A stretch of 32,000 bases of DNA from contig OW818675.1 of assembly GCA_942493095.1 (NCBI GenBank), forward strand, positions 2,430,001 to 2,462,000. Direction: 5' to 3'. Origin of the DNA: Candidatus Electronema halotolerans. GTDB taxonomy: Bacteria; Desulfobacterota; Desulfobulbia; Desulfobulbales; Desulfobulbaceae. This document shows, one piece after another, positions 1 through 9,643 of this stretch. The first letter of the stretch is position 1; every line of letters starts with the position of its first letter. A program made the position numbers and the translations under genes. Below the pieces are notes generated by a model. It worked only from the letters and a program-made list of their open reading frames with translations, made no database searches and had not been told where the DNA came from.

Positions 1-29
1 CAGTAAAATCAATCAGCAGAGCAGAAACA

Positions 30-1055
30 ATGAAAAAGCAGATTCCGGTTGCGCAGGCAGTGGGCATGGTCCTGCCCCATGACATCACCGAAATTGTGCC
101 GGGCCAACGCAAAGGCCCGGCCTTTAAGAAAGGACATATTATCCGCCCAGAGGACGTTGAACATCTGCGGCGGCTGGGCAAGGAGCATGTTTATGTTCTT
201 GCATTAGCTGAGGGTGAAATTCATGAAAACGAGGCCGCCCTGCTGCTGGCCGCTGCTCTCAGCGGCAGAGGAACCGAATATGACGACGAGGTGAGCGAGG
301 GCAAGGTCAGCATCCGGGCCGCGCATGATGGCCTGCTCAAGATCAACAAGGAACAGCTTTTCCGCTTCAACCTGCTCGGCGAAGTGATGTGCGCCACCCT
401 GCACGACAATATGCCGGTGAAGCAGGGCGGCGTGGTTGCCGCGACCCGCCTGATTCCGCTGGTGGGTGAACGTACGCTGGTCATGGAGGCGGCAGCCTTG
501 GCTGAGGCCGGGGAAAAAATTGTCCAAGTGCTGCCCTTGGCCAAGGTCAAGGCGGGCTTGGTCATCACCGGCAGCGAGGTTTTTTACGGCAGGATTGAGG
601 ACAGATTTGAGACTGTGCTGCGCGGCAAGGTGGCTGCGCTCGGCTCGGAAGTGGTGCGGGTCGGCTTTGCCCCGGACGACGCGGCCCTGATTGCAGCGGA
701 AATACAGCTCTGTCTCGAAGCGGGCGCGGAGCTGATCATCACCTCCGGCGGCATGTCGGTTGACCCGGACGATGTGACCCGCGCAGGCATCCGCAAGGCG
801 GGCGCGGAGGACATTGTCTATGGCACGCCCGTGCTGCCGGGAGCCATGTTTTTGGTTGGCAGAATCGGCCAAGCAGCAGTGGTCGGCCTGCCTGCCTGCG
901 GCATGTTCCACAAAATCACGGTCTTTGATCTGGTCTTGCCGCGCCTGTTGGCCGGAGAAGGCCTCAGCCGGGAGGATTTCGCGGCTATGGGGCATGGCGG
1001 CCTCTGCCGGAACTGCGCCATCTGTCATCATCCGGTTTGCAGCTTCGGAAAATAG
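30..1055 (+). CDS. Molybdopterin-binding (MoeA/MoaB-like fold) protein with Cys-rich C-terminus
   Basis: 341-aa ORF; MoCF-like segments 'KAGLVITGSEVFYGRIEDRF' and 'LIITSGGMSVDPDDVTRAGIRKAGAEDIVYGTPVLPGAMFLVG'; C-terminal 'CRNCAICHHPVCSFGK' typical of this stand-alone family. Confidence 0.85.
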   Translation: MKKQIPVAQAVGMVLPHDITEIVPGQRKGPAFKKGHIIRPEDVEHLRRLGKEHVYVLALAEGEIHENEAALLLAAALSGRGTEYDDEVSEGKVSIRAAHDGLLKINKEQLFRFNLLGEVMCATLHDNMPVKQGGVVAATRLIPLVGERTLVMEAAALAEAGEKIVQVLPLAKVKAGLVITGSEVFYGRIEDRFETVLRGKVAALGSEVVRVGFAPDDAALIAAEIQLCLEAGAELIITSGGMSVDPDDVTRAGIRKAGAEDIVYGTPVLPGAMFLVGRIGQAAVVGLPACGMFHKITVFDLVLPRLLAGEGLSREDFAAMGHGGLCRNCAICHHPVCSFGK

Positions 1056-1078
1056 GCCGCCGTGGCAATATATTGAAT

Positions 1079-2359
1079 TTACTCAGTCACCTTGACCGCT
1101 TCAGCCAGCCTGCTGTATTCCAGCGCGAACGCGGGCCGTGTCTGAATCCAGTCAAGCAGCTCGTGCCGCTGCTGCATTTTATCCTTACCATCCATCACTT
1201 TTTCGCAATGTAAAAAACAAGGGAGGCAGGGGACGGAGCATCTGAGCGTATCTTCTGAGCAGCCTGAGTCCTCTTTTGAAATAAGAACAGACACTTCTCC
1301 AAGTTTTTCTGACGACTGGCGGCAGCTCATGCTGTTCCGCATCCTTGTCGGCAACGTCGTCAAATCCGAAATTTTCAGTTTTTTTTCTCTTGGAAGCGGG
1401 TTCCGCATCCTGTCGCGGAGTCCGGCGAGTACGCACCAGTGCATGGCGACCGAGAGGATCAGCATCAGTCTGGCGATTCTGTCGGCGCGCTCCAGTTTTG
1501 TGTCCTCCAGACCGAACCCCCTGGTTTTGAAATCGCTGAACATGGCCTCGCATCCCCAGCGCATGCCGTAATCAAGTGTTTTATAATAATTTGGCTCAGT
1601 TCCTCCGACTGCCAGCAGCCAAGGCTCATCATGTCCCGGCTCCTGGAGAATGCTTAAATTTGTCTGAACCCGCTGTTCTGTCAGATAAATATTTTTCATA
1701 AGCAGTTCCTTGCGACCTTTCTTTTCAGCAGGAACAAGGTCCGCAAGAGATGTCTCATCGCCGTCCTCATTGAAAACTTTAAGATTTTCCTTGAGGCGGA
1801 GCCGATAATCCCAGCCGCTGCGGTGGCAGAATGCAATCAGCGGCGCTTGACCGTAAAAACGGTCGCCGAGCAGCAGCACTCTGCTGCCCTCTGGAAGGAA
1901 TGATTTTATTTTTTCAAGAAGTTCCATGCAGATATCCGAGCCGATATTGCCCTGTCCTTTTCGGACCCGCCATAGCAGAGGCAGGGCCCGACCGCCGAAG
2001 CGCAATGACAGCGAAAGAATGCCGAAACGGTCGGATAGCTGCGTCTGGTCAATGCACAGAATCAGCGTTTCTCCCGAAGCGGAGGCCGTCTCCAATGCCT
2101 GACGGATGAAAGGCCGCATCACATCATCATTGTCGATTGAGTCTGTGCTCAGGAAACGGCTTAACCACTGATATCGCATGTCAATCCGTTCTGTTTCCAG
2201 CGGAAGGACAGCCGCCATGTCCATAGTATTGCAACTCTGAACTTCCAAAACCGCCGCCGCGCACAAGCTTAACTTGCGCAGAGGATTCCTGTTAATTCCG
2301 GGCAAAACGTCCCGCAGGCCGGACGAGATTTCCTCTGCCAGATGACTGATCGTGCTCAT
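1079..2359 (-). pseudogene. IS4-family DDE transposase, apparently frameshifted near the C-terminus; the ORF reads through the IS end into flanking DNA
   Basis: DDE elements 'CIDQTQ', 'LLGDRFYG' and the IS4 signature Y(2)R(3)E(6)K in 'YGMRWGCEAMFSDFK'. The expected C-terminus 'SYFKRGLRLLRRYAQMLRPLP' lies in another frame (ORF 1185..1553) whose TAA stop sits inside the terminal repeat. Confidence 0.8.
1183..1202. repeat. Left terminal inverted repeat of the IS4-family element
   Basis: CCTTACCATCCATCACTTTT, exact reverse complement of 2429-2448. Confidence 0.9.
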
Positions 2360-2447
2360 ATTTCACAGAGTTTGAATAAACGAATTGTTTTTTCAATCTT
2401 TTTACTCCGGCGTTCAAGCTCTGTCAAGAAAAGTGATGGATGGTAAG
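1184..2447 (-). mobile_element. IS4-family insertion sequence (about 1.26 kb)
   Basis: Perfect 20-bp inverted repeats CCTTACCATCCATCACTTTT (1183-1202) and AAAAGTGATGGATGGTAAGG (2429-2448), flanked by direct repeat GCATTTTATC (1174-1183 and 2448-2457). Boundary is ambiguous by 1 nt (IS 1184-2447 with 10-bp TSD, or 1183-2448 with 8-bp TSD CATTTTAT). Confidence 0.85.
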
Positions 2448-2448
2448 G
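2429..2448. repeat. Right terminal inverted repeat of the IS4-family element
   Basis: AAAAGTGATGGATGGTAAGG, exact reverse complement of 1183-1202. Confidence 0.9.
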
Positions 2449-2626
2449 CATTTTATCCAAGTTGGATATCAAGCTGACTTCTGATAAATTCGACTTCGAT
2501 TATGAAGAACTGCTGCATACTGCGGGTGCGCTCACATAATCATGAGTGAAATTTACCGAACCATTGAAGTAAAAAGATGGAACAGCAGGAAAAAATTGGC
2601 TGAACAGAAGGTCAGTCGGGGAGAGG

Positions 2627-4495
2627 TCACTTGAAGAAGCGATTGTGCCAGATGGCGATGTTGATCAGTGCCCAGAGGATGTGATTATGGTTGTGCTTGA
2701 GGCTGCAATGCTCCTCAATGAGCTGGTTGATATACGCAAGATTCATATTCTCCCTGAGCACGGCTGAGTCATTGAGCAGCTCGATCATGTACTGCTTCAG
2801 CTCGCCGCGCAGGAGATGCTTGACCGGCAGACTGTAGCCCTGCTTGCCCCGATGGACGATCTTGTCCGGCAGCAGGCCCTCCAAAGCCGCCCGAAAGATG
2901 TGCTTGGTGGTCATGCCCTTGAGCTTCCAGTCGCCGGGCAGCGAGGCCATGAACTCCACCAGCACGTGATCAAGGAGCGGCACCCGGATTTCCAGCGAGC
3001 TGGCCATGGACATCCGATCCACCTTCATCAGCACTGAGTCCGTCATCATGAAACGGGTATCCAAGTAGATTTCCCGGTTGACCTGATCGTTGCCCGCATC
3101 ACAGCGGGTATTGTGTTCACGCACGAGCCGGAACGGGTCAGCCGTGATGCTGTTACGGAACGCTCTGCTGAACAGCTTCTCCTCCAGCATGGTGTTGAGG
3201 AAATACTGCCAGCGCAGGTGCTGGCCTGCCGGATCAAGGTTTGCGCCCTCAATGAAGCGCTTGAGCATGTTGACCGCCCCTTTCTTTTGCGGCTGATCCG
3301 GCATCAGGGCAGCCATTCTGCCGATGAGCTGTTTGCGCACTGCACCCGGCAGCAGGCTGAACCACCGGCTCATCCGGCTGGCCTTGAAGCGGTCATAGCC
3401 AGCAAAGCTCTCGTCCGCACCTTCACCGGAAAGGCAGACTGTCACCTGTTCCCTTGCCTGCTTGCAGAGCAAGTAGAGCGGCACGGTTGACAGGTCAGTC
3501 ATCGGCTCATCCAAGTGCCAGAGCGTCTTTTCCACGTAGTCCGGCTTGAGGGAATCAAGCAGCAGCACTTGATGGTCGGTCTGGCAGTGGTCAGCGACAA
3601 TCTGAGCATAGTCCAGCTCGCTGTAGGACTTGTCCTCATAACCGATGGTGAAGGTCTTGAACGAGCCGCTGATGTGCTTGCGCATCAGAGCAACGATGCA
3701 GCTCGAATCTAAGCCGCCGGAGAGAAAGACCCCCAGCGGCACGTCACTGACCAAGTGACTAGTAACAGCTTGATCAAGCAGCTCCCGCATCCGTTCCACT
3801 GCCTCGGCAAAGGAGAGATTATTCCTGCCCGGATGAAATTTCAAATCCCAATACTGATGCTGGCGAATTTGCTGATTCTCCAAGACTAAGAAATGCCCGG
3901 CAGGCAGCTTATGGATGCCTGCAAACATGGTTTCCGGCGACGGGACAAACTCAAAGCCAAGGTAGTCATACATGGCTTGGTGATTGACCCGTCGCTCGAC
4001 TTGCGGGTCAGCGAGAATGGCTTTGATCTCCGAAGCAAAGCGGAGCTGGCCGTTCTGCCAGGTGTAGTAGAGCGGCTTGATGCCGATGCGGTCGCGGGCC
4101 AGCAGCAGCCGCTTCCGCTTCTGATCATACATGGCAAAGGCGAACATGCCGCGCAGCCGGTGGACGCAGCTGTCACCCCATTCCTCATAGGCATGGATGA
4201 TGACTTCAGAGTCGGCATGACTGCGGAAGACATGGCCTTTCTGCTCCAGCAGGGGCCGCAGCTCCTGGAAGTTGTAGATTTCCCCGTTGAACACAAGGCA
4301 GACGGTTTTGTCCTCATTGAACATCGGCTGGCGGCCATGCTCGCTCAGGTCGATGATCGAGAGCCGCCGGAAGCCGAGCGACATCTCCTCACAGCAGAAG
4401 CTGCCCTTCTGGTTCGGCCCCCGATGCTCAAGGGTGTCGGCCATTGCCTTGATCAAGGCTTCATCGTTCCAGTTGAAACCGCAGATGCCGCACAT
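2627..4495 (-). CDS. asnB: Asparagine synthase (glutamine-hydrolysing)
   Basis: 622-aa ORF starting MCGICG (class II glutaminase Cys2), 'RLSIIDLSEHGRQPM', 'FNGEIYNF', and the synthase PP-loop motif 'FLSGGLDSS'. Confidence 0.93.
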   Translation of the reverse strand: MCGICGFNWNDEALIKAMADTLEHRGPNQKGSFCCEEMSLGFRRLSIIDLSEHGRQPMFNEDKTVCLVFNGEIYNFQELRPLLEQKGHVFRSHADSEVIIHAYEEWGDSCVHRLRGMFAFAMYDQKRKRLLLARDRIGIKPLYYTWQNGQLRFASEIKAILADPQVERRVNHQAMYDYLGFEFVPSPETMFAGIHKLPAGHFLVLENQQIRQHQYWDLKFHPGRNNLSFAEAVERMRELLDQAVTSHLVSDVPLGVFLSGGLDSSCIVALMRKHISGSFKTFTIGYEDKSYSELDYAQIVADHCQTDHQVLLLDSLKPDYVEKTLWHLDEPMTDLSTVPLYLLCKQAREQVTVCLSGEGADESFAGYDRFKASRMSRWFSLLPGAVRKQLIGRMAALMPDQPQKKGAVNMLKRFIEGANLDPAGQHLRWQYFLNTMLEEKLFSRAFRNSITADPFRLVREHNTRCDAGNDQVNREIYLDTRFMMTDSVLMKVDRMSMASSLEIRVPLLDHVLVEFMASLPGDWKLKGMTTKHIFRAALEGLLPDKIVHRGKQGYSLPVKHLLRGELKQYMIELLNDSAVLRENMNLAYINQLIEEHCSLKHNHNHILWALINIAIWHNRFFK

Positions 4496-4684
4496 GGTTC
4501 AGTTGCTCTTGTTGAGAGTTGCGACTTCCCGGCTTTGCCGAGAGTTGCCGGGTTGAAAAAAGAGTGAGTTGCAGCAGCAATGTAACCAAATTTACGCTTT
4601 CAAGCAAGCAGATGCTTTTCCGCTCTCCTCATTGATTCTCCCAAGCTCGAAACAGCAGTCTGTTTTTTTTGCTGAGGCAGCGGC

Positions 4685-4715
4685 GCAGGCGGATGGCACT
4701 GTGCCATCCGCCTGC
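4685..4715. repeat. Perfect 14-bp stem / 3-nt loop hairpin
   Basis: GCAGGCGGATGGCA-CTG-TGCCATCCGCCTGC between asnB and the methyltransferase remnant; no adjacent U-tract. Confidence 0.7.
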
Positions 4716-4827
4716 AATTAAGCCTCACTGGATTATTTGTAATTTTGATGATATATGCTGCAATATGGTGACGATTTTTTCTGTGGATGTCACTGTTGGA
4801 CAAAATCTGTTCGTATTTTTTTGTTGA

Positions 4828-5289
4828 CATGCTTTCCTGACGGCTGATATCAACGAGGAAGCCCGCACTGCCTGCGAACGTGACCGGCCCGGCATCTATG
4901 ATGCCTATTATGTTCTTGATTTCTCGAAGCTGGAAGAAAATGTCCGTCAGGAACTGGCAGCGTGGCAGATTGATTGCCTTTCATGCGTGGCCGCACTTGG
5001 CTTCGGCGATATTCCGGCAAAAGCATTTGCCAATGCCTTTAATCTGGTTGCTCAATCCGGCTGGATCGCCTTCAACATCAAGGACACATTCCTGCTTGAG
5101 AGCGACAAATCAGGTCTCTCCAGCCTTATTAAGGCACTGCTCACCAGAGACACCTTGGAACTGCACCATTTGGAACGATACAGACATCGCATTTCCATCG
5201 ATGGTCGTTCCTTATTCTATTACACTGTCGTGGGGAGGAAAAAGACAGATATTCCTGACGCTATCATGAGTGATCTGGATCAGCTCTGA
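4828..5289 (+). pseudogene. 5'-truncated SAM-dependent methyltransferase remnant
   Basis: Open frame beginning just after TGA (4825-4827) with no early ATG: 'ADINEEARTACERDRPGIYDAYYVLDFSKLEENVRQELAAWQIDCLSCVAALGFGDIPAKAFANAFNLVAQSGWIAFNIKDTFL...'. Resembles the C-terminal half of a class I methyltransferase; the N-terminal SAM motif I is absent. Confidence 0.6.
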
Positions 5290-5377
5290 ATGGCCCATGA
5301 GAGACGGCTGTCAATTATTGATCACTGCACTCAGCTGCATTTCTCTGCGCTCTGTTTGAAAAATAGGAATGCTTCAG

Positions 5378-5396
5378 CCCGGAGAAAGGCTCCGGG
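5378..5396 (-). terminator. Possible weak terminator downstream of pilT
   Basis: Inverted repeat CCCGGAG-AAAGG-CTCCGGG about 17 nt beyond the pilT stop; a T-run follows only about 12 nt later on the minus strand. Confidence 0.35.
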
Positions 5397-5412
5397 ATGA
5401 TGCTGACAGAAC

Positions 5413-6477
5413 TCACTCTCCGTCTATCTCCGGCAGAGGGAAGAGATTCTTGTTGATCGCCTTTTCGCGGGCGGCGGCAACTGTGATCTTGTCCTCTTCA
5501 ATCATCTTTTGCAGGCACTGATCCATAGTCTGCATTCCTTGCGTCGTGCCGGTCTGAATCATCGACTCAATTTGATTGATCTTGCCTTCGCGGATGATGC
5601 TGGCCAACGCATTGGAGCCAAAGAGGATTTCCAAAGCGGCGCAGCGGCCCTTGCCGTCCTTGGTCTTGAGGAGCTGCTGGGCAATGACCGCCTTGAGCGA
5701 GTCAGCCAGCATGGTCCGGGTCTGAGCCTGCTCCTCAGCAGGAAAGGCGTTGATGATCCGGTCAATGGTCTTGGCCGCGCTGTTGGTGTGCAGGGTGCCG
5801 AAAACGAGAATGCCCAGCTCGGCGCAGGTCAGGGCGGCGGAGATGGTTTCCAAGTCGCGCATCTCGCCAACCAAGATCACATCCGGGTTTTCCCGGTTGG
5901 CAACCGACAAGGCCTTGGCAAAGCTCTTGGCATGACTGCCGATTTCCCGCTGTGAGAAAATGCACTGCTTGTTGGGATGAACAAACTCCAGCGGGTCTTC
6001 AATGGTGATGATGTGCTTGGGATGCTTATTGTTGATCAGATCAATGATCGCGGCCATAGTGGTTGACTTGCCGCTGCCGGTCGGGCCAGTGACCAACACC
6101 ATGCCCCGCACATAGTCGGCAACTCCGCGCACTGCGTCCGGCAGGCCGAGCTGATCCACTGTAAGTATTTTGCTGGGAATAATCCGAAACACCGCCCCAA
6201 TGCCCCGGTGCTGATAAAGGAAATTGCAGCGAAAGCGGCCCACGCCGTCCAAGGCGTAGGCTTTGTCAAAATCCCGGTTCTTCTCGATAATGGCCTGCTG
6301 ATCCGGGTCAAGGATTTCAAAAAGAATTTTCTTGTTGCTCTCCGGGGTGAGGACTGGCTCGTCCAGCGGCACCAGTTCGCCGCGCAGACGCAGCAGGGGC
6401 GGAAAGCCGATCACCATGTGCAGGTCGCTGGCCCCGCGTTCTTTCATCTCTTTGAAATACGAATCAATATGTGGCAT
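5413..6477 (-). CDS. pilT: Type IV pilus retraction ATPase (PilT/PilU family)
   Basis: 354 aa; Walker A 'GPTGSGKSTT', Asp box 'IITIEDPLEFVH', 'NRENPDVILVGEMRDLETISAALTCAELGILVFGTLHTNSA'. Confidence 0.87.
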   Translation of the reverse strand: MPHIDSYFKEMKERGASDLHMVIGFPPLLRLRGELVPLDEPVLTPESNKKILFEILDPDQQAIIEKNRDFDKAYALDGVGRFRCNFLYQHRGIGAVFRIIPSKILTVDQLGLPDAVRGVADYVRGMVLVTGPTGSGKSTTMAAIIDLINNKHPKHIITIEDPLEFVHPNKQCIFSQREIGSHAKSFAKALSVANRENPDVILVGEMRDLETISAALTCAELGILVFGTLHTNSAAKTIDRIINAFPAEEQAQTRTMLADSLKAVIAQQLLKTKDGKGRCAALEILFGSNALASIIREGKINQIESMIQTGTTQGMQTMDQCLQKMIEEDKITVAAAREKAINKNLFPLPEIDGE

Positions 6478-6564
6478 ACTCTCTCCTTTGGCCCAGACTT
6501 TGGCTTTTCCGGCAGCGGATGATGGGAAGCGGATTTTTGACTCTTCTTTTTGTCTTACATCTTC

Positions 6565-8349
6565 TCAGGCAGGAAACAAAGCAAAATGTGGATGTTCCTG
6601 ATTCTCCGCCCCGCAGACCCCGCAGCGGCGGCAGCGTGAGGTCTCGCAGGGAGAGGTTCCTTCCGCCCGCAAGGCCTTGTCCAATTCATGGTGCAGATAT
6701 GCCTTGTTGATGCCCTGATCAAGCACGTCCCAGCAGAACAGCTCGTCCGCCGTTCTGGGCCGCACTGCATAGTGCCACGCGCTGAGGCCGTGCGCCTTCA
6801 TGGCCTGCTTGAAAGAATATTTTCCTGTGCCAATGTCCAAGAGCAGCGGCGCAATGCGGCGGTCAGCACGGGCAAACACCGCCTGCATCAGGACCGTGTC
6901 AGGCCGGTCTGCCCGGAGATGAAGGTTGTCCACATCAGCCAGCGCATTCTTCAGATACTTGATGCTTTGGTTCAGGCGCAGGAGGGCGGTCTTTTCGCTT
7001 TGCTCGCGCAGAGCCTCCTCCTCAGTCAGGCCGCCAAAGGACAGATACTGAAACGGTGTCCACGGCTTGGGGACAAAACTGTTGACTGAGAGCAGCAGTT
7101 CGCAAAGCCGTCCTTTTGCCCGACCAATGGGCAGAATGCGCTCCCGGATTTTCCGCACAAGCTGGACAAATTCATCCAGATCAGCACGGGTCTCGGTGGG
7201 CAGGCCGATCATGACATAGAGCTTGAGAGTGAAAATGCCTGCCTCAGTCAGGGCGGCGGCGGCATGCAGCAGGTCTTGTTCGGCCAAGCCTTTGTTGATC
7301 ACTTGGCGGAGCCGCTGCGAGCAGCCGTCCGGGGCTATGGCCACTGATTTCAGCTCGGAGCGGGCAAGCAGATCGAGCAGGCGTGGGGAAATGCGGTCAG
7401 CGCGGAGGGAGGAGAAAGATAAGGCGCAGCCGGTCTGGCTGAGAAAGGCGGCAATCTGCTCCAGCGTCTCTGGCGCGGCCATCTCCATGCCCAAGAGACC
7501 AGCCCGCTTCATCTCAGCAGGCCGCTGGGCCAGACCCGCGAGCACAGCATCTGCGTCCCAGAGGCGGGGCGGACGGTAGATGAATCCGGCTGCGCAAAAG
7601 CGGCAGCCCCGGCTGCAACCCCGGCCCAGCTCGGTCATGTGCATGTTGAGTTCCGCCTCTGGCGAATAGAGCGCGGAATGGGCCGCCTGACCGTTGGTCT
7701 GGACAAGGGCACGGCGCACCCGCTGCGGCAGCCCCGGCGCGGCAGTGATTGCCAGCAGCCTGCCGTCGTCATCATAACGAAAACTGTAGCCGCTCGGCAC
7801 ATAACATCCCGGAATGGTTGCCCCGATGCGGTGGAGCAGCTCCTGCCGGTCAATGTTTTCCGCCGCTGCCAGCAATTCAGGCAGCAGAGACGGCAGCACC
7901 GCCTCGGCCTCGCCAATCACCATCAGATCAGCAAAAGAGGCCAACGGCTCCGGGTTCATGAACACCGCTGCCCCGCCGAGAATGACCAAAGGACGACCCG
8001 GAGCTGCCGGGCCGTTGCGCTCGGCAGTGCATGGCGGCACCTGTCCGGCAGCCAGCATGGCCGCCAGTCGGGGATAATCCTGCTCAAAACTGATCGAGGC
8101 GAAGATCAGGGGGAAGTCAGCAAGAGGCCGGTCTGATTCGAGCGAGCGGAACCGCTCCTGGTGGCCCTGCGGATAGACAAAGCGTTCGCAGACGATTTCC
8201 TCCCAGTTGTTCAGCAGGCGGTAAACAAGCTGAAAACCGAGATTGGAGACTGCCAAGGGGTAGGTGTTGGGATAGAGCAGGGCCGCAGGCAGGCGGCCCT
8301 TCCATTTTTTGCGGACTGTGCCGGTCTCCGCAGCAAGCAGGGGGTGCAA
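6565..8349 (-). CDS. B12-binding-domain radical SAM protein (TIGR03960-like)
   Basis: 594 aa; N-terminal 'YPNTYPLAVSNLGFQLVYRLLN', radical SAM cluster 'GRGCSRGCRFCAAGFIYRP' (CxxxCxxC), C-terminal 'CRRCGVC'. Confidence 0.85.
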   Translation of the reverse strand: MHPLLAAETGTVRKKWKGRLPAALLYPNTYPLAVSNLGFQLVYRLLNNWEEIVCERFVYPQGHQERFRSLESDRPLADFPLIFASISFEQDYPRLAAMLAAGQVPPCTAERNGPAAPGRPLVILGGAAVFMNPEPLASFADLMVIGEAEAVLPSLLPELLAAAENIDRQELLHRIGATIPGCYVPSGYSFRYDDDGRLLAITAAPGLPQRVRRALVQTNGQAAHSALYSPEAELNMHMTELGRGCSRGCRFCAAGFIYRPPRLWDADAVLAGLAQRPAEMKRAGLLGMEMAAPETLEQIAAFLSQTGCALSFSSLRADRISPRLLDLLARSELKSVAIAPDGCSQRLRQVINKGLAEQDLLHAAAALTEAGIFTLKLYVMIGLPTETRADLDEFVQLVRKIRERILPIGRAKGRLCELLLSVNSFVPKPWTPFQYLSFGGLTEEEALREQSEKTALLRLNQSIKYLKNALADVDNLHLRADRPDTVLMQAVFARADRRIAPLLLDIGTGKYSFKQAMKAHGLSAWHYAVRPRTADELFCWDVLDQGINKAYLHHELDKALRAEGTSPCETSRCRRCGVCGAENQEHPHFALFPA

Positions 8350-8358
8350 GACCTGGAG

Positions 8359-9555
8359 TCAGTTCGCCTTCTTGCGGATGTAGGCCGGCTCGTCCCATTC
8401 ACCCAGATCGTTCTGATCATCAAAGACCGGGGCAGGCATGGGCCGCAGACCCTTGGGCACGGGATTGGGCCGGGCAAAGCTGACTGGACGGCGGTCAAGC
8501 GTCCGCTCCGGCTCCTCAATGGCATCTTGGAGCGGGTTGAGGTTCTTCCGCGCCGGACGGCCCACTGCATCCAGCTCAGAGATGGTTCCAGCCTCCCGCT
8601 CCTTGGAAATGCCGGTGGCAATCACTGTCACCCGCAGCTCCTCGCCCATGTTCTCATCGAACAGCGCGCCAATGATGATGTTGGCATCCTCGTGGGCTTT
8701 GTCCTGAATCAGGGCCGAGGCTTCCATGAATTCGTTCATGGTCATGGAGCTGGTGGCCGAGATGTTGATCAGAATGCCGAGGGCACCGTCAATGCCCACA
8801 TCTTCGAGAAGCTGGTTGTCAATGGCCCGCTTGGCCGCCTCGGCAGCCCGGTTCTCGCCTGCTGCCGCGCCGGAACCCATGATGGCCGGGCCGACCTCCT
8901 TCATGACAGTCTTCAGATCGGCAAAGTCAACATTGATGTGGCCGGGCAGATTGATCAGGTCAGTGATGCCCTTGACTGCCTGAAGCAGGACATCATCAAC
9001 CATTTTCATCATCTCCACCAAAGTGGAGTTCTTCTGCATCAGGCCGAGGAGGCGGTCGTTGGGCACGGTGATAATGGTGTCCGCGTTCTTTTTCAGCTCC
9101 TCCCAGCCTGCCTCGGCATTGCGCATCCGCTTCTTGGCTTCAAAGTAGAAGGGCTTGGTCACCACGGCCACGGTCAGCGCGCCCTGCTCCTTGCTCATTT
9201 TGGCGATCACTGGCGAGGCTCCGGTGCCAGTGCCGCCGCCCAGGCCAGCCGTGATGAAGACCATGTCCGCATCCAGAATGGCGCTGCGCAGATCGTCCAG
9301 ACTTTCCTCAGCCGCCTTCCGGCCCATGTCCGGGTCCGCGCCCGCGCCCATGCCCTTGGTCACAGTCGGGCCAAGCTGAATGCGGATGTCAGCCTTGGAT
9401 TTCTCCAAGGCCTGCATGTCGGTGTTGGCGGCAATGAACTGCACCCCGGCCAGCCGGTTTGCGACCATGGTGTTGATGGCGTTGCCGCCGCCACCACCGA
9501 CTCCGATCACCTTGATGACAGCTACTGAATCTTCTTCTTGTGTATTGTATGACAT
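8359..9555 (-). CDS. ftsZ: Cell division protein FtsZ
   Basis: 398 aa; '[17 protein letters not shown]', tubulin signature '[17 protein letters not shown]', C-terminal tail '[11 protein letters not shown]'. Confidence 0.98.
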   Translation of the reverse strand: MSYNTQEEDSVAVIKVIGVGGGGGNAINTMVANRLAGVQFIAANTDMQALEKSKADIRIQLGPTVTKGMGAGADPDMGRKAAEESLDDLRSAILDADMVFITAGLGGGTGTGASPVIAKMSKEQGALTVAVVTKPFYFEAKKRMRNAEAGWEELKKNADTIITVPNDRLLGLMQKNSTLVEMMKMVDDVLLQAVKGITDLINLPGHINVDFADLKTVMKEVGPAIMGSGAAAGENRAAEAAKRAIDNQLLEDVGIDGALGILINISATSSMTMNEFMEASALIQDKAHEDANIIIGALFDENMGEELRVTVIATGISKEREAGTISELDAVGRPARKNLNPLQDAIEEPERTLDRRPVSFARPNPVPKGLRPMPAPVFDDQNDLGEWDEPAYIRKKAN

Positions 9556-9643
9556 GCTTCCCCCTCAAGCACTCCATGCATCGGGTCAAAAAAAGATGTG
9601 ACGGCTGGCCGCTGCCCCGGCTGCCGCTTGGTTTGTTTCAGCA

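Noticed and set aside
2627-4495. asnB as part of an exopolysaccharide or natural product cluster
   Set aside because: No glycosyltransferases, exosortase or NRPS genes adjoin it; it is an isolated asparagine synthase next to a gene remnant.
8161-9528. 455-aa plus-strand ORF opposite ftsZ
   Set aside because: Exact antisense shadow of a highly conserved gene in GC-rich DNA; low-complexity His/Gln/Gly-rich translation with no recognisable domain.
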